Shown: positions 17,876 to 27,824, counted from the first letter of the stretch. The stretch is DNA of 32,000 nt from Pseudodesulfovibrio piezophilus C1TLV30 (GCF_000341895.1 NC_020409.1:930001-962000); one strand, 5' to 3'. Notes: generated by a model not told the origin, from the letters alone. Program-made: numbers and translations.

Positions 17876-19087
17876 TTACTTCCTGGGTCTGCGCCGACGG
17901 CGTCTTGGCCTACGTGACCGTTTGTTTTTATCTTCTCCGGAGCTTTCCACTCCGCCCTTCTGAGCGGGCTTGTCCGGCTGATCTCCCGTCTTGCGGGGAG
18001 TATCCTGGCGGGGGCGATCCGATTTTGACTGATCCTGCTTAGTGCGATCCTGCTTGGGACGCTCTCCGCGCGGCCGATCCTGTCCACTCTTTTCAGACTG
18101 TCCCTTGGGTTTGCCGGAACGGCGATCCTTCCCTTTGGATGGCGAGGCTGTCTCTGCCCCTGATGCATCACTTTTTCGAGCCTCACTTCCTCCCGCAGGA
18201 GCAGCAGGCTTTCTCGGAGCACGACGGGCACGAGCCCCCTGGCTTCGTGCCTCTGCAATGGCATCTTCACTCGGCGGCTTGTTAACCATTTCATTCCATT
18301 CGTCAATGGAAACTTCCTTTTCCTCAAATCCCTCTGTCAGCAATGACAAGGATTTCTTGAAGAAATTGGACCTGAGGACCTTTACGGTTCCCATGGAAGT
18401 TGTGTATTTTTTGCCAACACGAGGACACATGCGGTGAAATTCTTCATACCCTTGCTGCTCAAAACTCAAACAACAGAGAAGACGACCACAAATGCCTGAA
18501 ATTTTAGTTGGATTCAAAAAGAGGTTCTGTTCCTTAGCCATCTTGATAGTCACCGGAACAAATTTGCGCATAAAGCGTCTGCAACAACAAATTTGTCCGC
18601 AATTCCCTATTGCGCCAAGCATTTGTGTTTCATGGCGCACGCCTATCTGACGCAGCTCAATCCGGGTTCTGTATTCACGAACAAGATCCTTGATAAGCTC
18701 GCGAAAATCAATCCGCCCTGGCGCAGTAAAATAGAAAATCATCTTGGAACGATCGAAATAAACCTCCACATCAACCAGCTTCATACCGAGTTTGTGCTTG
18801 GTGATACACTTACGGCAATATTGATAGGCATCTTTGGAAAGTGCTTCATTTTCGGCCACGGACTCCATGTCCTTTTCATTGGCAAGACGATAAATGGCTT
18901 TATGGCCTTCTTCGTCCTCACTTTCATTTTCTACCGGGGCCTGTCGTGTCAGAATGACCTTCCCCAGCCCCATACCCTGATCAGTCTTGACGATAACATG
19001 CTGACCTTCACGAACAACGAAAGGCCCGGATCCAAAATAATAGACCTGCCCGTAATCGTTAAATTTAACACCAAGTATCTGGCTCAT
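17876..19087 (-). CDS. PSP1-domain protein (RicT/YaaT-like) with a long basic low-complexity C-terminal tail
   Basis: MSQILGVKFNDYGQVYYF... is a PSP1 N-terminus. Conserved Cys clusters are CGQICCCRRF and CGRLLCCLSF. The last ~135 aa are K/R/D/P/Q-rich and end in RRPRRRRRRPRK. Confidence 0.85.
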   Translation of the reverse strand: MSQILGVKFNDYGQVYYFGSGPFVVREGQHVIVKTDQGMGLGKVILTRQAPVENESEDEEGHKAIYRLANEKDMESVAENEALSKDAYQYCRKCITKHKLGMKLVDVEVYFDRSKMIFYFTAPGRIDFRELIKDLVREYRTRIELRQIGVRHETQMLGAIGNCGQICCCRRFMRKFVPVTIKMAKEQNLFLNPTKISGICGRLLCCLSFEQQGYEEFHRMCPRVGKKYTTSMGTVKVLRSNFFKKSLSLLTEGFEEKEVSIDEWNEMVNKPPSEDAIAEARSQGARARRAPRKPAAPAGGSEARKSDASGAETASPSKGKDRRSGKPKGQSEKSGQDRPRGERPKQDRTKQDQSKSDRPRQDTPRKTGDQPDKPAQKGGVESSGEDKNKRSRRPRRRRRRPRK

Positions 19088-19193
19088 TGAATGGTTCCCT
19101 GTCTATATATATCCCGTTTTTGCGGGGGAGAAAGTGTCTTGCGAGGAGAGTAACATATTAGAAAAAGGCGGCTTGAGCAAATCAAGGTAAAGA

Positions 19194-19235
19194 CAACAAA
19201 ACCGGGCGAATGCTCAGGTTGCATAGGCCCGGTTT
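19194..19235 (-). terminator. Candidate terminator after the response-regulator gene
   Basis: AAACCGGGC (19199-19207) pairs with GCCCGGTTT (19227-19235). On the minus strand it is followed by TTTTGTTGT. The loop is long, at 19 nt. Confidence 0.45.
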
Positions 19236-19256
19236 GACAGGAAAAGAGTGTTTATT

Positions 19257-19652
19257 CTAAAGAAGTCCGAGGCTTTTCACCTCTGTCATCAGCTTTTCTT
19301 CATCAATGGGTTTGACAAGGTACGATGTTGCACCGCCGAGAAAGAAAGCATCATGTGTTTCCTTTTCATCATCAAGCATGGTGGTGACAATGACCTTTGC
19401 CTCAGTCTGAGGGCCGACATCAAATTCTTTTTCAATGGCTCGAATTTCTCGGAGAGCCTGCTGTCCATCAAGTTCCGGCATCAACAAATCCAGACAGATA
19501 AGGTCGTATGGCTCTTCTTCATCAAGACCCCGCCGAAAAGCTTCAATAGCTTCCTCCCCGTTGACTGCTATGTCACAGTGAGCAACAGGCCGAAGGATCT
19601 CATGAATCATATTACGACTATAAAAATCATCATCCACGATCAACGCTTTCAT
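19257..19652 (-). CDS. Single-domain CheY-like response regulator
   Basis: MKALIVDDDFYSRNMI..., phospho-acceptor context DLICLDLLMPELDG, conserved LVKP, and GGGAGGG SD upstream. Confidence 0.9.
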   Translation of the reverse strand: MKALIVDDDFYSRNMIHEILRPVAHCDIAVNGEEAIEAFRRGLDEEEPYDLICLDLLMPELDGQQALREIRAIEKEFDVGPQTEAKVIVTTMLDDEKETHDAFFLGGATSYLVKPIDEEKLMTEVKSLGLL

Positions 19653-19694
19653 TCTCGCCCTCCCGGAGTCAAGTTTTCTCCCCTCAAAAGTACA

Positions 19695-19741
19695 GGACTT
19701 TTCGCATTTTTATTGAAAAAATGCAACCACCTTGGACTTTT
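19695..19741. repeat. Direct repeats flanking a palindrome in the MBL-response regulator intergenic region
   Basis: GGACTTTT (19695-19702), c, GCATTTTT-attga-AAAAATGC (19704-19724), aaccacctt, GGACTTTT (19734-19741). Confidence 0.6.
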
Positions 19742-19758
19742 ATCCATTCTCAAATTCC

Positions 19759-20640
19759 CTATAATTGAAATTTTTCCCCTTCTCTCGCCATATCAAAATC
19801 CACACCGCACGTATTCCATTGCTTGCACAACCTGTCAAAAATAGCATCAACTTCTGAATCTGACCGTGATGTTTCATGGTGAGTAAGAAAGGTTTTTCCC
19901 ACTCCCGCTCTTCTCGCCAATTCCAAGGTTTTCTCAAAAGTGGAATGGCCCCATCCTTGCTTGGTACGATATTCTTCCTCCGTATACTGGGCGTCAGCGA
20001 TGAAAACATCAACCCCCTGAAGACAGTCTTCTAAAGCCTGACAACGCTCACTGACAACTTCCTCATACTCTTCATACCCATCGTCATCCGGCTGGTATAT
20101 ATTGAAATGAGGTTCATGATCGCCCGTGAAAAAAATCGTTTTCCCTTCGCACTTGATCTTGCAGCCAAAATTCATGGCAGGATGATTCATCAGGTGAGTT
20201 GAAACCGTGGCAAAGCCAAGATCCACAACGTGACCGTCCGTCAAAGTTTCATAAACGATATCAGCTTGCAACTCTACCACTCGTACAGGAAAATGAGGGT
20301 ACGCCATCTGCCTGGACAACACCGTTTCTATGCCCGTCATGGCGACAGGATCCGGGGGACCGTAAATAGCCACCTTGTTGCCGGGTTTGAACAGAGGGAG
20401 GAAAAATGGCGCTCCCTGAATGTGATCCCAATGAGTATGTGAAATGAAAAGGTGACAATCCAACAAATCTCTCGGCGCCAACTCCATACCGAGTTCACGG
20501 ATACCTGTTCCGGCATCCAAGATAATGAGTTCATCATTCTCAGTACGAATTTCTATACAGGTTGTATTCCCCCCGTATTTGACGGTATCTGGCCCGGGAG
20601 CGGGGAGAGAGCCACGCGTTCCCCAAAAACGAAACCGCAT
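19759..20640 (-). CDS. MBL-fold metallo-hydrolase
   Basis: MRFRFWGTRGSLP..., LDAGTG, and the HTHWDH metal-binding motif. The start overlaps the upstream stop (TGATG). Confidence 0.85.
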   Translation of the reverse strand: MRFRFWGTRGSLPAPGPDTVKYGGNTTCIEIRTENDELIILDAGTGIRELGMELAPRDLLDCHLFISHTHWDHIQGAPFFLPLFKPGNKVAIYGPPDPVAMTGIETVLSRQMAYPHFPVRVVELQADIVYETLTDGHVVDLGFATVSTHLMNHPAMNFGCKIKCEGKTIFFTGDHEPHFNIYQPDDDGYEEYEEVVSERCQALEDCLQGVDVFIADAQYTEEEYRTKQGWGHSTFEKTLELARRAGVGKTFLTHHETSRSDSEVDAIFDRLCKQWNTCGVDFDMAREGEKFQL

Positions 20641-21500
20641 CAGTCCGCCTCCCCGAGCTTAATGAAAATCCGAGCATTCTCAACTTCTTCATCCAGATTC
20701 GGCAATTCAGCGATCAATCCCTCCAGATCAAGAGAGAATCGATCCTGAATGGACCTGGGCAGCGGTTGTATATTGTAATCACCTGCTGATCCGAATGCGA
20801 GTTTTTTACTAATCTGATCCGCCGCAAAAACACAATCCACCAGTTGAGAAGGTTCGCCAACCGTCGGTGAATGATGACGAGATATTGCATCTATCAAATC
20901 CAAGGGCAAATTCCATTTTTCCGCAAGCATAGCCCCTATCTCAGCATGAGAGACGCCAACAACGGCCATTTCCTCGATTCCAAGAATTGAATGGTTTTCA
21001 GCTAACTGCCTGGCAACCTGAGCAAATTCCTTTGGCATGGACAAAGCAAAAACAACCTTGCCAATATCATGCAACAACCCGGCTGCAAAATAATCAGCAG
21101 CTTCATCTCTGGAAACACCGAGCATGGTGCCCAACATCCGGGTTGCGGCAGCTACGGCCAGCGAATGGAGCCAAAATGCTCCCATATCCAACCCTGCTTT
21201 ATTCGACTTGGGCATGGTTCCAACGGCAGCCAGTCCCAAAGCCATGTTTTTCAGGGTATTCAATCCCAAATAGACACTGGCATGATTGATGGATGTAATT
21301 TCCCGAGACAGACCAAAATATGGAGAATTGGCCAAACGAAGAATCTTCAAAGTAAAGACAGGGTCCTTCTTGATGACTTCCACCAACTCTTTCTGTGAAC
21401 AGTTGATATCATTGGAAAGCTTAAGAACCAAATGGACACTTTTCGGAAAAGCGGGCATCTGTTCCACAGCATTCAAAAATTTATCTTTCACGTCCGGCAT
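20640..21500 (-). CDS. HDOD-domain signalling protein
   Basis: Trimmed to ATG 21500 (MPDVKDKFLNAVEQMPAFPKSVHLVLKL...). LRLANSPYFGLSREITSINHASVYLGLNTLKN is a classic HDOD pattern. HDIGK is present. Confidence 0.85.
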   Translation of the reverse strand: MPDVKDKFLNAVEQMPAFPKSVHLVLKLSNDINCSQKELVEVIKKDPVFTLKILRLANSPYFGLSREITSINHASVYLGLNTLKNMALGLAAVGTMPKSNKAGLDMGAFWLHSLAVAAATRMLGTMLGVSRDEAADYFAAGLLHDIGKVVFALSMPKEFAQVARQLAENHSILGIEEMAVVGVSHAEIGAMLAEKWNLPLDLIDAISRHHSPTVGEPSQLVDCVFAADQISKKLAFGSAGDYNIQPLPRSIQDRFSLDLEGLIAELPNLDEEVENARIFIKLGEAD

Positions 21501-21585
21501 GAGTCTCTCATGATGTAGTATCCCTTCCCCTATCCACGATGCGTGAACTCGACAAGCCGATAAAATGGGGATTCCAATGCTCCTC

Positions 21586-21613
21586 ATATTACAGAAATAT
21601 TCATATTTGGCAA
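21586..21613 (-). promoter_or_regulatory. Candidate sigma70-type promoter for the HDOD-MBL(-RR) genes
   Basis: The minus strand reads TTGCCA-16 nt-TAATAT, located between the comEC stop (21619) and the HDOD start (21500). Confidence 0.35.
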
Positions 21614-21618
21614 GGAGA

Positions 21619-24030
21619 TCAAGGCCTAGCAACGCGGAGAGAGAAGTCCCTGCCCCGTCCCCATTGAGCAGTTACCTGACCATATCTACCTGTCGCAAAA
21701 ACAGGGACACCGACAGCTTTCACCACCTCTTTATGCGGGAAACCGTATTGATTGAGATACCCGCTTGAACACACGGCGCAGAAAGGTGAAATTTTCCCAT
21801 AAAATGCAGGAACCAGACTCGACTTACTTCCATGATGAGGCAGGACCAAAATATCAGCCCTCAAATCCACCCCAGAGTCCATCATAGCCTTGATACCGTT
21901 CTCTTCCACATCACCGGGAATGAGAGCCAAAGAATGTTCTCGCCGCATAAGACGGAGGACTAGGGATCGTTCATTGGCATGGCGATTCTTGTAGTCTAAT
22001 GCAGGGTGCAGGACATCCAAAGAGATATCACGTCCAAGAGCAAGACGCTGTCCAGCATGAAGTGTCACAGGAACAAGCTTTTTTTTCTCAAATGCAGCTC
22101 TGAGCCTTTTCCCGGTCCGCCCACGCGGCAGAGTGCCATTGCCGTAAAAAGCACCAACATCAAACCGGGAAAGTATAAATGGCAAACCATGGCTATGATC
22201 CACATCAGGATGGCTCATGAAAACCCCATCCAACCGGGGCGGTCTGCCAAATGTCAATGTTGGCGCAACGACAGCTTCACCAAAATCAAAATGGCGCGAT
22301 CCCGCACCTCCGTCGATGAGCCAACGGTGTCCGCCCGGAACAGACACAACCACCGCTTGTCCTTGTCCGACATCAAGAAGCGTCACCTTGACCACATCCT
22401 CTGTATCAGCCGCCATGATTGCCACATGAGGCCAGACCATGAACAGAAACCCAACAGCGGTCAATACTGGAAAAAAGCGTCTCTTGGACCAAGCGACCAG
22501 AGCAAGTAACAACAGAAGGCACACACCGAGCATCTCCGGCCATAAAGGTCTGAGGACTGAAAAGACGGGTGTCAGACCATACTCTCCTGCCATGGCAAGC
22601 ACCGAAAGCAGCCAATTCATGACAATCGAACTCCCCGCGAGCAAGCTCCCTCCGACCGGAACAGTCCAGCTAAATGTGCACAAAAGGGTTCCGAGAATAC
22701 CCATGGGCATCACGATAAATCCAAGAGTTGGTAGCCAAATGACATTGAAAAGTATGTTTGGACAGAACGAACCGAATGTCCGAGAGACCAGCGGCAAAAG
22801 AGCAGTCGTGGCGCAGAAACTCACTCCAAGCACACCGGCCGCCCAGAGAAAAGGTGTCAGGCCCCAATGACTGCCCGCCATGAAGAATCGTCGTATGACA
22901 GGGTACATCAAACCAATGCCAGCAACGGCCAGGGCAGACATTTGAAGGGACAGATCATAAAGAGCGAGGGGATACGCAAAAATGATCACGACGAGCGCAA
23001 AAAAAAGCCCATCCAGGAGAACTCGCCCGCGCCCCTGAAGGAGCAAAGCGCCCCAAAATCCAAACATGATCGCCGACCGTGTCAGCGAAGGAGAAGGCTG
23101 TCCCAACCAAGCATAGGCTGCGACCAGAGGAGCCGCGCAGAAAACCGCCAATTTCGGCCGGGGAATTAGGAGCAGCAGATCGGGAGAGAGCCGACCAATG
23201 AGCCATGCCAAGGCGAATCCCATTGCAGCTACAAACCCAACGTGAAGACCTGATAATGCCAATGTATGAGCAAGTCCGGCTGCACGCATTGCAGCGGATG
23301 TCTCCAATTCTATTTGAGATCGATCACCAGTGACAAGAGCCAAAACCATAGCTCCGCCCTGGGTGTCGGGAATGTGTTCCGCCACGAGATGGCGCACCCG
23401 CACTTTCAAGGCACCAAGAGACGAGCGAACACCATCCCCCCACACCAACTCACGCCCTTGGCCCACACGCCATGCTCGCCAAAAGACACCCTGCCTCTGC
23501 CAGTACCACGAAAAATCCCAGGCACCGGGATTGGTGAATCCGTGAAGAGGTACCACTCGCATGAACGCGGTGACGGTCTGCCCTTCCAATGGTGTCACAT
23601 CCGGCTTTCGCCAAGTCCAAGCCAATTTGCCGGGCAACCCTTCTTTCCGCTCCCCGACCTGGCAGGTTATTTCTCGCAAAAGAATCCTGAATCGCCCATC
23701 AATGCGCGGCTCAACCCGATCCACCGTTCCCGTTACCCTGACGGCAGTACGAGATGTCATCCAGATAGGAATCTCAACCGGAGCAGGCGTCCACAGACTA
23801 GTGTAACCAAAGCCACACCCGGCGCATAATAGAAAAAGGAGAAAAGGCACTCGTGAAGCCCGACCGCGCAAAGAAAAATCGACAAAGAGAAGAAGTCCTA
23901 ACGCCGTCAGAGACGGCACCGGATATTTGAAAGAAAATATCCCTGCGCAGAAAGCAAGAAAAAGACTCTGCCATGGAAGCAGCCCCGCAAGAGGCGGGAC
24001 CATGTCCGGTCGGGAACAGCGATCACACAC
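21619..24030 (-). CDS. comEC: ComEC/Rec2-family DNA internalisation protein (DUF4131 + competence channel + C-terminal MBL domain)
   Basis: Polytopic membrane core with C-terminal LLDVGQGQAVVV...SHPDVDHSHGL. GTG start at 24030 is preceded by GGGAGGGGAGA. Confidence 0.88.
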   Translation of the reverse strand: MCDRCSRPDMVPPLAGLLPWQSLFLAFCAGIFSFKYPVPSLTALGLLLFVDFSLRGRASRVPFLLFLLCAGCGFGYTSLWTPAPVEIPIWMTSRTAVRVTGTVDRVEPRIDGRFRILLREITCQVGERKEGLPGKLAWTWRKPDVTPLEGQTVTAFMRVVPLHGFTNPGAWDFSWYWQRQGVFWRAWRVGQGRELVWGDGVRSSLGALKVRVRHLVAEHIPDTQGGAMVLALVTGDRSQIELETSAAMRAAGLAHTLALSGLHVGFVAAMGFALAWLIGRLSPDLLLLIPRPKLAVFCAAPLVAAYAWLGQPSPSLTRSAIMFGFWGALLLQGRGRVLLDGLFFALVVIIFAYPLALYDLSLQMSALAVAGIGLMYPVIRRFFMAGSHWGLTPFLWAAGVLGVSFCATTALLPLVSRTFGSFCPNILFNVIWLPTLGFIVMPMGILGTLLCTFSWTVPVGGSLLAGSSIVMNWLLSVLAMAGEYGLTPVFSVLRPLWPEMLGVCLLLLLALVAWSKRRFFPVLTAVGFLFMVWPHVAIMAADTEDVVKVTLLDVGQGQAVVVSVPGGHRWLIDGGAGSRHFDFGEAVVAPTLTFGRPPRLDGVFMSHPDVDHSHGLPFILSRFDVGAFYGNGTLPRGRTGKRLRAAFEKKKLVPVTLHAGQRLALGRDISLDVLHPALDYKNRHANERSLVLRLMRREHSLALIPGDVEENGIKAMMDSGVDLRADILVLPHHGSKSSLVPAFYGKISPFCAVCSSGYLNQYGFPHKEVVKAVGVPVFATGRYGQVTAQWGRGRDFSLRVARP

Positions 24031-24048
24031 TCTCCCCTCCCATATGGT

Positions 24049-25038
24049 TTAGATCAGCCGCAGCTGATCATCGTCTTCCAGACGCAACTTAAGGTGCTGG
24101 TATGCTTTAGCAGTAGCTACCCGGCCGCGAGGGGTACGTTTCAAGAAACCGCACTGAATAAGATATGGTTCATAAATGTCCTCAATGGTCCGAACTTCCT
24201 CGGCACAGGCGGCGGCAATTGTCTTGAGGCCAACCGGCCCACCATTGAAATTCTCCACCATCAACGTGAGTATTTTCCTATCCATATTGTCCAGCCCATG
24301 CTGATCCACATCCAACCGTTCCAATGAGGATTCAGCAATCTCACGAGTGACGACGCCACTTCCGTGCACCAACGCATAATCTCGCACCCTGCGCAGCAAA
24401 CGGTTGGCAATGCGAGGCGTTCCCCGAGCACGGCGGCCAATGGCGAGAGCCCCCTCTTCCTCCACCTCCACATCAATGATCCCGGCTGCCCGCTGAACAA
24501 TACGACCAAGCTCTTCAGGAGAATAGAATTCAATGCGAAAGATGCAACCAAAACGATCACGAAGAGGGGAAGTCAGCAGGCCGAGTCTCGTGGTAGCGCC
24601 AACGAGGGTAAACGGCTCCAGATCGAGCTTGACAGTTCGAGCACCCGGCCCGGACCCGATTACCAGATCGATCTGAAAATCTTCCATGGCCGGATATAAG
24701 ACTTCTTCTACCGTGGCGGGCATGCGGTGAATTTCATCTATAAACAGGATATCACCTCTGTCCAGATTGGTCAGGATCGCGGCAAGGTCACCGGAACGTT
24801 CAATGACGGGACCGGACGTTGAGACCATATTTACACCCAATTCACTGGCCATTATCCGTGCCAGAGTCGTCTTGCCCAGCCCCGGATTGCCATAGAAAAG
24901 TGTGTGATCAAGAGGACGACCTCGCTCCGTAGCAGCCCGGATAAAAACATCTAGATTGCACCGCAGGTCTTCCTGACCAATGAAATCACTCAGTCTTTTA
25001 GGCCTGACATTTTCTTCGGGAAGAGTGCACTTACTCAT
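24049..25038 (-). CDS. ruvB: Holliday junction branch-migration helicase RuvB
   Basis: [14 protein letters not shown], Walker [10 protein letters not shown], and DEIHR. Confidence 0.96.
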   Translation of the reverse strand: MSKCTLPEENVRPKRLSDFIGQEDLRCNLDVFIRAATERGRPLDHTLFYGNPGLGKTTLARIMASELGVNMVSTSGPVIERSGDLAAILTNLDRGDILFIDEIHRMPATVEEVLYPAMEDFQIDLVIGSGPGARTVKLDLEPFTLVGATTRLGLLTSPLRDRFGCIFRIEFYSPEELGRIVQRAAGIIDVEVEEEGALAIGRRARGTPRIANRLLRRVRDYALVHGSGVVTREIAESSLERLDVDQHGLDNMDRKILTLMVENFNGGPVGLKTIAAACAEEVRTIEDIYEPYLIQCGFLKRTPRGRVATAKAYQHLKLRLEDDDQLRLI

Positions 25039-25652
25039 GAACGTGCCGCGTTGATTTTCTTGAGAACCGCACGAATAGCACCAGCGGCTTCAAGGTCGGG
25101 TTCTTCATCAAAAACAGCCATGATCATGGGACGAACTTCGTCTTCGGAATACCCCAGCCCCTTCAGCCCGGCGAGGGCATCAAGGTATTCCCCCTGCGGC
25201 CCCTGAGGGGCTCCAGCAGAATGAACCCTCGCTGTGGTCTGGGTCAGCTTATTCACTTTATCCTTGAGATTCCACAATATCTGCTTGGCCGATTTCGGGC
25301 CAATACCAGGGACTCGCGACAACATGTCCACATCCTCGCGAAACGCGATTTCGCGCAAATGGTCGGCGTCGTACATGGACAGGATCGCGAGCGCCTTCTT
25401 TGGGCCCAGCTTATCAATAGAAATGAGCGTACGGAATAAATCCAGGTCATCGGCCTCTAAAAAACCAAATAGATCAATCGCTTTTTCCGCCACCTGTGTG
25501 TGAATAAACAGTGCAATGTCACCGCCTTGTCCGGGCAGCTTGGCCACCACAGATGTCGGTGCAGCAACCTCATATCCCACACCTCCCGGCGTCAGAACAA
25601 CCAGACCCTGTTCATCCGCAGAAAGGAGCGACCCCTGTAAATATCCGATCAT
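25035..25652 (-). CDS. ruvA: Holliday junction DNA-binding protein RuvA
   Basis: Trimmed to [10 protein letters not shown]... (ATG 25652, GGAGG SD). HhH motifs [12 protein letters not shown]. The stop overlaps the ruvB start. Confidence 0.92.
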   Translation of the reverse strand: MIGYLQGSLLSADEQGLVVLTPGGVGYEVAAPTSVVAKLPGQGGDIALFIHTQVAEKAIDLFGFLEADDLDLFRTLISIDKLGPKKALAILSMYDADHLREIAFREDVDMLSRVPGIGPKSAKQILWNLKDKVNKLTQTTARVHSAGAPQGPQGEYLDALAGLKGLGYSEDEVRPMIMAVFDEEPDLEAAGAIRAVLKKINAARS

Positions 25653-25847
25653 GCAAAGCCTCCGTTGCACGGTTATTAGCCCATTACCGGACGCAATTCA
25701 AAGGGAATGGTTGTCAACTTTTCGCACCGGAGTCAATACCGGCACAGCTGAACGATAAAAGGAAAGAAAGAAAATGACTCTATAACGAATGAAAAAGCAT
25801 TCTGGCACTGGTAGAAAAGACTTGCCTTGAGTCCCACAAGAGAACCA

Positions 25848-26354
25848 TCAGCATCCGGTGAGCCTCCGCATCCGGCGCTCATTCAGATGACAAATGGCAA
25901 TAGCCAATGCGTCTGAAGCATCTTCCGCCCAATCTGGTTTTTTGACACCCAAACAATGCGCGACCATAAAAGCGACCTGATCCTTGGGCGCATTCCCCAA
26001 TCCGACAAGGTTCTTTTTAACCTTGGTCGGTTCATACTCCGAAACAGGAATATTATTGATGGCGCAGGCTGCCATTGCAGCTCCCCTCGCCTGTCCCAGC
26101 TTCAGGGCAGACGAGGGGTTTTTTGAAACAAAAACATTCTCAATAGCGGCTTCCACCGGCCCATGAGTCCGAATGAGAATTTGCAGCCGATCAAAGATGA
26201 CACCCAATCGGGTCGCCATATCCTTTTTGACCGGGGTACGAATAGTGCCGGTCTCAATAAGAGAGGTTTGTCCTGATACTTCCCGGACAATGCCATACCC
26301 GGTCACACGAGAGCCAGGGTCCAGTCCTATGACGACCAATCCGCGACCTGCCAC
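25848..26354 (-). CDS. ruvC: Crossover junction endodeoxyribonuclease RuvC
   Basis: VIGLDPGSRVTGYGIV and the C-terminal DASDALAIAICH. Confidence 0.94.
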   Translation of the reverse strand: MAGRGLVVIGLDPGSRVTGYGIVREVSGQTSLIETGTIRTPVKKDMATRLGVIFDRLQILIRTHGPVEAAIENVFVSKNPSSALKLGQARGAAMAACAINNIPVSEYEPTKVKKNLVGLGNAPKDQVAFMVAHCLGVKKPDWAEDASDALAIAICHLNERRMRRLTGC

Positions 26355-26357
26355 GAA

Positions 26358-27101
26358 TTACTCTTCCTCGAACAGTTCGTCAGGAAAATCTGCGTTAAGA
26401 TAAACCTTCTGTACATCGTCATTATCTTCCAGCACATCGAACAATGCCATGACCTTTTTACCAGTCGCAACATCCACAGGGACGAGATTCTCTGGAACCT
26501 GACCAAACTCGGCAGATTGATATTCCATCTCAGCATCAACAAATGCCTGCTGTACAGCCATGAAATCTCCAGGAGCAGTCAGCACGGTGAAGGTGTCACC
26601 ATCATCCACGATATCCTCGGCTCCAGCTTCCAGGCCAACCAGCATCAGATCGTCTTCGGTAAACTTTTCTTTCTCGAAAACGATGATGCCCTTTTTGTTG
26701 AACATATACGCCACAGCTCCAGCTTCAGCCATATTGCCATTGTGCTTGGTAAAGGCGTGACGAATCTCCGCAACCACACGGTTTTTATTATCCGTGGCAA
26801 CATCGACCAACATGGCCACACCGCCAGGGCCGTACCCTTCGTACAGAATCTCCATGATATCACCACCGGCCAATTCGCCAGTGCCCTTCTTGATGGCATT
26901 GTCGATCTTGTCCTTGGGCAGGTTAACCGCTTTTGCCTTCTGAATGGCAAGACGGAGACCAGAGTTATCTTCCGGGTTACCGCCGCCAGCCTTGGCCGCG
27001 AGGATAATGTCCTTGGCCGCCTTGGTGAAAAATTTGGCTTTTTTAGCGTCCTGGCGCCCTTTGCGATGCTGGATATTAGCCCATTTACTATGCCCTGCCA
27101 T
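26358..27101 (-). CDS. yebC: YebC/PmpR-family DNA-binding regulator
   Basis: MAGHSKWANIQHRKGRQDAKKAKFFTK is the family signature N-terminus. Confidence 0.94.
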   Translation of the reverse strand: MAGHSKWANIQHRKGRQDAKKAKFFTKAAKDIILAAKAGGGNPEDNSGLRLAIQKAKAVNLPKDKIDNAIKKGTGELAGGDIMEILYEGYGPGGVAMLVDVATDNKNRVVAEIRHAFTKHNGNMAEAGAVAYMFNKKGIIVFEKEKFTEDDLMLVGLEAGAEDIVDDGDTFTVLTAPGDFMAVQQAFVDAEMEYQSAEFGQVPENLVPVDVATGKKVMALFDVLEDNDDVQKVYLNADFPDELFEEE

Positions 27102-27155
27102 ACTTCCTCCTGAGTAGTATAAAAAAATATCCTGTTTTATTCTGAGCCGTCGACT

Positions 27156-27755
27156 TTATCCGTCCGCGCCCTTAAAGCCAAGGGCGACGATAAATATCTC
27201 CTTGCTTTCAGAACGCGAACTGTACGGTTTAAAATTCTTTATCTTGCCAAAATAGGGACGCAAAGCATCCCGAAAATCCTTGGTGTCGCCACTCTCAAAA
27301 ATCTTGACCGTAAAATGACCGCCCGTTTTGAGATACTTGAGTGCAACTTCAAAAGCCCGCTCACACAACTCCAGACTGTTTGCCTGATCGGCAAATTTAA
27401 TTCCGGTTGTCTTGGGGGCCATATCACTGATAATAAGGTCAAAAGGCCGCAACGGTTCCATTGCTTCCAATAATTCGGGAGCATCGGAAAAAACATCTGC
27501 CTGCAAAAAAGTAATATTTTCAGGAAAGCTATGTTTCGTCTCCTGAATATCGACACCAAGCACATGCCCGGTCTTACCAACCCGCTCTCCAGCAAACTGA
27601 GTCCACGACCCAGGAGCTGCTCCGAGGTCGAGAACGGTCTGGCCCGGCTTGAAAAGCTTGAACCGCTTGTCCATCTCCTTGAGCTTGTAGACGGATCGGG
27701 CGGCGTAGTTTTCCTTTTTGGCCCTTTTAAAGTACTTATCCTGATATTGTTTCAT
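27156..27755 (-). CDS. rlmE: 23S rRNA (U2552 2'-O) methyltransferase RlmE/FtsJ
   Basis: [22 protein letters not shown] and the SAM motif [13 protein letters not shown]. Confidence 0.92.
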   Translation of the reverse strand: MKQYQDKYFKRAKKENYAARSVYKLKEMDKRFKLFKPGQTVLDLGAAPGSWTQFAGERVGKTGHVLGVDIQETKHSFPENITFLQADVFSDAPELLEAMEPLRPFDLIISDMAPKTTGIKFADQANSLELCERAFEVALKYLKTGGHFTVKIFESGDTKDFRDALRPYFGKIKNFKPYSSRSESKEIFIVALGFKGADG

Positions 27756-27758
27756 GGC

Positions 27759-27785
27759 AACGCTCCTTGATCGGCGTGGAGCGTT
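27759..27785 (-). promoter_or_regulatory. Hairpin that includes the rlmE Shine-Dalgarno sequence
   Basis: Minus-strand RNA AACGCTCC-11 nt-GGAGCGTT-gcc-ATG. The 8-bp stem buries the GGAG 3 nt before the start codon. Confidence 0.3.
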
Positions 27786-27824
27786 TCCCTACCCGAATAT
27801 ACCGAAAAAGCCAAGTGCAGTCAC

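Noticed and set aside
17791-18327. 178-aa ORF overlapping the 3' part of the PSP1 gene
   Set aside because: It is an alternate frame of the repetitive basic-tail coding region. It is explained by compositional bias, and the PSP1 frame is continuous with a conserved domain.
25790-25830. TGGCAC...TTGC resembling a sigma54 -24/-12 promoter in the ruvC-ruvA spacer
   Set aside because: The spacing between TGGCAC and TTGC is 13 nt instead of about 5. It is also on the strand opposite to the genes it would need to drive.
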